In this document: piece by piece, positions 59,380-64,000 of the stretch | Numbering within the stretch: position 1 is the stretch's first letter | How the letters are laid out: every line of letters begins with the position of its first letter | NCBI GenBank assembly: GCA_050287845.1 | Contig: JBNKCR010000007.1 | Coordinates: 1-64,000 of the forward strand | Length of the DNA: 64,000 nt | From: Polyangia bacterium | GTDB taxonomy: Bacteria; Myxococcota_A; Polyangia; JAAYKL01 | Direction of reading: 5' to 3' | The notes under the pieces: model-generated | Told to the model about the DNA's origin: nothing | The model's database searches: none | What the model saw: the letters and a program-made list of their open reading frames with translations, nothing else | Program-made: the position numbers and the translations under genes

Positions 59380-60780
59380 ATGATGCGACTACATGCAACA
59401 ATAATTTCAATATTGATAGGAGGTCTGATGATTTCTGTCAGCTCCTGTTCGACGAACGACAATTCAAGCACTTCGGCACCGGATTCTGATGTCGATTCCG
59501 ATTCAGATTCCGATGCCGATTCAGACTCAGATACAGACAGTGACTCGGATACAGACAGTGACTCAGATACAGACAGTGACTCGGATACAGACAGCGACTC
59601 GGATACAGATGCCGATTCCGATTCAGACACGGACACGGACTCAGATACAGACACGGACGGTGACACGGATACGGATACGGACAGCGACACGGACACCGAA
59701 GCGTTCAACTATCATCTGGATGCGCCGAATCCCTGCTATAATACATTTTATGCGGAAGGATGCTCGTGGGATGACCCGAATTCCACCTGTGGGGGGCAAT
59801 GTGCGGTGGCCAACTCCTGTTCTCCACCGGAGGATGCAAGCAAAGCTGATTTGCCTAAAACCTTCATCTGTCCGCGTTTCATGTTGTTCAGCGCTGAGAT
59901 GATGCAAGCCGCCAAAGATGATGCAACCACATACAACTGGAGCAGCGAACCGGAACCGCCATTTTACTACGGCATTGTTGGTCACGATGCGGACATCAAT
60001 GGGCTGGATGAAAATACCAGCAGTTGTTGCCAGTGTTATCAACTGGTCTTCGAAACGCCGGAACCCAGCTCACCACAGCCGCCAGAACTTCCCTATCCAA
60101 AGCCACTGGTGGTCCAGAGTTTCAATACCGCCGCCGGCGGCGGACAAAAATTCGACCTGTTCATGGGGGCTGGGGGATACGGTGCATTCAACGCATGCTA
60201 CAAAGACCCGGAGTTTGTCAACACCTCTACTTTCGGCGAATTCATGTATGATGAATTTCCGTATCAGAACCCCGGCTCCGGCGGTATTTCATTCCTGCGA
60301 TATCAGGATGAATGCCTTGGTTCTTCATGGCCGCCAACCGCCGATGCTTTAGCGTCTGATGCCTGCAGGGAACGGATTGAAGAATTGTGCAATCAGGCCT
60401 ATTCAAGCGCTTCTGACGCCATGACAGAAACAACCCGAAATTCGTGCATCAGAAGCAATAGGCTGGAATCCCTTTATCATCAGAACTGGAAAGTGCGGGC
60501 GAAACGGGTTCGATGTCCGGAGAATCTCACCCGGGTAACTGGCTGCAGATTGATTGAAGACGATTTACCCTTACCGGATCCAACGATTCAAACGCCGGCC
60601 GACGCAGAAGCGGACGGTACATATACCGCCAAAGACCAGTATGGTACCACCACCATGCAGGATTGTTGCAAACCCACCTGTGCATGGATCGATTGGGTGG
60701 GCGGGTACGATCTGCCAGTGGACGGCGAATGGAATTCCTTTTACTCCTGCGATAAAGACGGTGTGCCCATCACCCAGTAA
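59380..60780 (+). CDS. GH45-like endoglucanase lipoprotein, circularly permuted, on an Asp-Ser/Thr stalk
   Basis: Lipobox [54 protein letters not shown], then [14 protein letters not shown] near the C-terminus. Confidence 0.82.
   Translation: MMRLHATIISILIGGLMISVSSCSTNDNSSTSAPDSDVDSDSDSDADSDSDTDSDSDTDSDSDTDSDSDTDSDSDTDADSDSDTDTDSDTDTDGDTDTDTDSDTDTEAFNYHLDAPNPCYNTFYAEGCSWDDPNSTCGGQCAVANSCSPPEDASKADLPKTFICPRFMLFSAEMMQAAKDDATTYNWSSEPEPPFYYGIVGHDADINGLDENTSSCCQCYQLVFETPEPSSPQPPELPYPKPLVVQSFNTAAGGGQKFDLFMGAGGYGAFNACYKDPEFVNTSTFGEFMYDEFPYQNPGSGGISFLRYQDECLGSSWPPTADALASDACRERIEELCNQAYSSASDAMTETTRNSCIRSNRLESLYHQNWKVRAKRVRCPENLTRVTGCRLIEDDLPLPDPTIQTPADAEADGTYTAKDQYGTTTMQDCCKPTCAWIDWVGGYDLPVDGEWNSFYSCDKDGVPITQ
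59482..59697 (+). repeat. Asp-Ser/Thr coding repeat (18-bp DSDSDT-type units)
   Basis: GACAGTGACTCRGATACA-type units visible. Confidence 0.9.
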
Positions 60781-60840
60781 CAGACCATCGCACATCCCTT
60801 CCCGTGCATGTAAACGCCACACACATATTCACCTGAAAAA

Positions 60841-62256
60841 TCAGAACTGAAAGTAAATAAACGGCGCGACATCTGTCTGGGCCAATTGTTCAGATGCGAC
60901 AATCAGCAAAATCACAACCGATGCCTGAATGTATGATGGCAACCTGTCAAACCCGTGTTTCGCCGTCTCCATCCAGTTTGCGGGCACCCAGTGAATCGCC
61001 AGCGCTCCTGCCAGAACCCCTACCGCCGGCAAGGCCAGGTTTGTGATACCTAAGCCTCCTGTTGCGATTCCCTCAAAAATTCCGATTGCGGTCGAAAAGT
61101 CAGCAGCGCGGAAAAATATCCACGCGGCACACACCACATGAAAAGTAAGCACTGTCGATAATAATTTTGCCATAAAAGGCGACAGATGGGTCTTTATTCC
61201 CGAACGCTGCGCCACTCTTGTCAAAACCAATGTCAGCCCATGAATCGCCCCCCAGAAAACAAAAGTCAACGCGGCACCATGCCACAGGCCACCAATCAGC
61301 ATCGTCGCCATCAGGTTGAAGTACGTTCTGGCCGCACCACTCTTTGATCCCCCCATGGGAATGTACAGATAGTCACGAAGCCATGTGGAAAGTGAAATAT
61401 GCCAGCGTTGCCAGAAATCCCTGAGATTCGTCGCGGTATACGGTGCATTGAAGTTAATGGGAATTTCAAATCCCAAAAGTGCTGCGGACCCGATGGCGAT
61501 ATCGGAGTATGCGGAAAAATCCGCATAGATCTGAAATGCATATCCATATACGGCTGCCAGAATTTCCAGACTGCTGTACATCTGCGGATTGGAAAAAACC
61601 GGATCGACCAGATGCGCACCGATATAATCCGCAATGACCACTTTTTTCACCAGACCAAAACCAATGAGAAAAATGGCGCGACTTCCTTCTTCGGCGGATA
61701 CACGCGGAACCATCCAGAACTGAGGCAGCAACTTTTTGGCCCTCACAATGGGACCTGCCACCAGTTGGGGAAAAAACGACACAAAAAGCAGATACTGAAA
61801 ATACCATTTCGCCGGTGTAAGCTCTTTTTTGTAAATATCAATGGTGTAGCTCAGCGACTGAAATGTGTAGAAAGAAATTCCCACCGGCAACAGCACGTTC
61901 AGATGCCACGGCTCAAGGGATAGACCAAACACCGCCGCCAGCGCTGCGAATTCACGCGAAAAAAAGTTGAAATATTTGAATACACACAGAATTCCCAGGT
62001 TCACAAAAATGCTCAGGGCAAGAAGCGTCCTGCGCCCATTCGCACTGTTACTTTTATGAATGGCACCGCCAACAAAATAGTCAAGAGAAGACGAGAACGC
62101 AATGAGACCCAGATAAACAGGATTCCAACTGGCGTAGAAAACATAACTGACGACCAGTAAAAATAGGATTCTGACGCGCTGGTGATTGCCCAGAAGCCAC
62201 GCACCACCGAATGCTATCAAAAACAGGATGCCGTACTGGATTGAGTTAAACGCCAT
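60841..62256 (-). CDS. MBOAT family O-acyltransferase (AlgI/PatA-like)
   Basis: LPVGISFYTFQ, FFPQLVAGPI, QIYADFSAYSD, FWQRWHISLSTWLRDYLYIP, GLWHGA, PFIYFQF; start moved to ATG 62256. Confidence 0.95.
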   Translation of the reverse strand: MAFNSIQYGILFLIAFGGAWLLGNHQRVRILFLLVVSYVFYASWNPVYLGLIAFSSSLDYFVGGAIHKSNSANGRRTLLALSIFVNLGILCVFKYFNFFSREFAALAAVFGLSLEPWHLNVLLPVGISFYTFQSLSYTIDIYKKELTPAKWYFQYLLFVSFFPQLVAGPIVRAKKLLPQFWMVPRVSAEEGSRAIFLIGFGLVKKVVIADYIGAHLVDPVFSNPQMYSSLEILAAVYGYAFQIYADFSAYSDIAIGSAALLGFEIPINFNAPYTATNLRDFWQRWHISLSTWLRDYLYIPMGGSKSGAARTYFNLMATMLIGGLWHGAALTFVFWGAIHGLTLVLTRVAQRSGIKTHLSPFMAKLLSTVLTFHVVCAAWIFFRAADFSTAIGIFEGIATGGLGITNLALPAVGVLAGALAIHWVPANWMETAKHGFDRLPSYIQASVVILLIVASEQLAQTDVAPFIYFQF

Positions 62257-62905
62257 TGCCCCTCTCCGGGTGAACAGAACGCCCATTGAGCCATTTCCAA
62301 ATCTGCTTCGCCCAGATGGTGGATTGTCGCTTATCCAGATGAAATACCTTACTTTGTCGGATTTCAAATTCGATTTCTCTGGAGTCAAGGAAAACACAGG
62401 GTTTGGATGCAGCCTGAAGCATATCGTAGAAACCATTTTTGTCTTCAATCAATGGAGGCGGCGCCACCCAGTAACACTCACGTGGTGCAATTCTTTCAGC
62501 CACACGTCGGACGTATCCGGAATATTGCGATGGATCATCTGCACGGCTGATATTGGTTCCAAGATTGACAATCACCACGTGGGGTGCTGTTTTCTGAAGC
62601 ACACGTCGGAGCTTTCCCGAACGCAGCCAGGAGCGGCTACTCGATCCTTTCCACGCATAAACGCTGTAGGTGGCTCCGGCCTGCTTGAATTTTCTTTTCA
62701 GGGTTCCTTTAAGACCCCAGTTTTCAAGATGGGAATCTCCGATATGAAGGACGCGAACATCATGCCAATCACGCGCCGACTTTGCCGAAGAAGCGACATC
62801 GTGGACAGATTTTGCGGGAAGGGCAACTGCGATGGCGCCGGCACATATCAACGTGGCGAGCAAGATAGTGTATCTCAAAATTTTCACACTCTCCATAAAC
62901 ATCAA
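62246..62905 (-). CDS. SGNH/GDSL hydrolase-like protein (PatB/AlgJ-type partner of the MBOAT)
   Basis: IGDSH (block I), KGSS, VNLGTN (block III), VFH (block V); overlaps the MBOAT start; start uncertain. Confidence 0.75.
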   Translation of the reverse strand: MMFMESVKILRYTILLATLICAGAIAVALPAKSVHDVASSAKSARDWHDVRVLHIGDSHLENWGLKGTLKRKFKQAGATYSVYAWKGSSSRSWLRSGKLRRVLQKTAPHVVIVNLGTNISRADDPSQYSGYVRRVAERIAPRECYWVAPPPLIEDKNGFYDMLQAASKPCVFLDSREIEFEIRQSKVFHLDKRQSTIWAKQIWKWLNGRSVHPERGNGV

Positions 62906-63040
62906 AGCGGCCCATTTGCCAAGATCAGAAGTTCGGAAAATGGGCCCCTTTTTATATCAATATAACAAATAATAAAGACATTTTTTCCATATTTATATAT
63001 AATTACAATTGGGGAGGCGGAAAGGTTTTGTTGAAAAATG

Positions 63041-63069
63041 TTGTCTCCTGTAAGCAAGAGTGGTATAAA
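63041..63069 (+). promoter_or_regulatory. Putative sigma70 promoter
   Basis: TTGTCT-N17-TATAAA with extended -10 TG, 7 nt before ATG 63077. Confidence 0.4.
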
Positions 63070-63076
63070 TACTTAC

Positions 63077-64000
63077 ATGGAAGCACTTTATCACACTTTA
63101 TTGCCGAGTTATATTGAGCGACGCCTGGAGATGGTGTTGTTGATGGGGTTAAGCGCTTTCATGCTGTCGTGTCCAAATGTGGAAAAGGTCCATCCCAAAG
63201 GCACAGACAGCGCAAACGATTTTCTTTCCATCGCGGATTCTCCCGGCGATGACGACGATTCCGGTGCAGATGTGGGGCCCGCAGGACTGATGGATGATCC
63301 CCGAGTGGGTATCGAAGTACCTCTCACCGGAAACGATCCCATGATAGGGTTTTATGAATCGTTGAGTTCACTGGAATCCGGAGAGCGGAAAAAAGTCCAT
63401 GTCCTCCACTATGGGGATTCTCATACTGCCGCGGATTTCCTGACGACCACTATTCGTAGAGCACTGCAGCACCGATTTGGTGACGGCGGGCGCGGATTTA
63501 TTCTGCTAGGTAAACCCTGGCGTTCCTATCGTCCCAAAGATATTGAAGTTTCCGCCACCGGTGATTGGCAGGCAGAGAGAATCCTGATTGCCGCCGATCC
63601 GGCCGAACTGGATGGATTTTATGGGCTTGCAGGGATTACCACCGCCACATCAACGCCGTTTGCCCGCTCATTTGTTCAGACCAACCGGGATAGCGGTTTT
63701 GGCAAAGAAGCGTCACTGTTTGAATTGTTCTATATGGTACAGCCCAAAGGGGGCAAGTTGAAAGTCTTCGTGGATGGCAAACAGAAAGGCACTGTATCCA
63801 CTGATGGCGACAGAAAGCGAAGTGGCTTTTTTAAGGTGAAAGTCAATGAGGGTGCACATGAATTTGAAGTTCGCACTGTCGGTGACGGTGAAGTACGACT
63901 GTTCGGTGCCGCGGTGGAAGCGGAACGGGGACTGGTTTACGACGCCCTCGGTGTGAATGGCGGCTTCTTTTATACCCCCCATCGATGGAACGAAACAGCG
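63077..64000 (+). CDS. GDSL/SGNH family lipoprotein (Ape1/PatB-like), partial and running off the window end
   Basis: Not in the ORF track because it has no stop in the window; my translation gives lipobox MLSC, VLHYGDSHTAAD, RFGDGGRGF, GLVYDALGVNG. Confidence 0.85.
   Translation, partial: MEALYHTLLPSYIERRLEMVLLMGLSAFMLSCPNVEKVHPKGTDSANDFLSIADSPGDDDDSGADVGPAGLMDDPRVGIEVPLTGNDPMIGFYESLSSLESGERKKVHVLHYGDSHTAADFLTTTIRRALQHRFGDGGRGFILLGKPWRSYRPKDIEVSATGDWQAERILIAADPAELDGFYGLAGITTATSTPFARSFVQTNRDSGFGKEASLFELFYMVQPKGGKLKVFVDGKQKGTVSTDGDRKRSGFFKVKVNEGAHEFEVRTVGDGEVRLFGAAVEAERGLVYDALGVNGGFFYTPHRWNETA

Overview
Gene-dense bacterial chromosomal segment of moderate GC. The gene repertoire (MJ0042-type zinc-ribbon/TPR protein, DUF4388, SpoIVB-S55 plus propeller pair, sulfatase-HEAT protein, many lipoproteins with Asp-Thr/Asp-Ser stalks) suggests a Myxococcota/deltaproteobacterial organism that degrades plant polysaccharides; this is inference. 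Housekeeping genes (uvrA, tsaE, murA, metK, hslO-like, U32 peptidase) are mixed with secreted enzymes: GH5, PL1 pectate lyase with a CBM, GH45-like, papain-like protease with CBM3, and alkaline phosphatase. I saw no rRNA, tRNA, CRISPR array, integrase or transposase. The most notable observations are: (1) an unassigned, highly base-paired element of about 285 nt (46491-46773) that looks like a structured ncRNA, lying head-to-head with a gene for a DRHyd/NDT-like + TPR-S + tandem PGDYG-like protein, a candidate nucleotide-signalling or conflict module; (2) an apparently circularly permuted GH45 endoglucanase; (3) an orphan CsoSCA-type carbonic anhydrase; (4) a recurring acidic-stalk lipoprotein design for surface enzymes; (5) a YfiR plus CHASE8-like chemoreceptor pair split by two genes. 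All family assignments come from motif recognition by eye, not from database searches.
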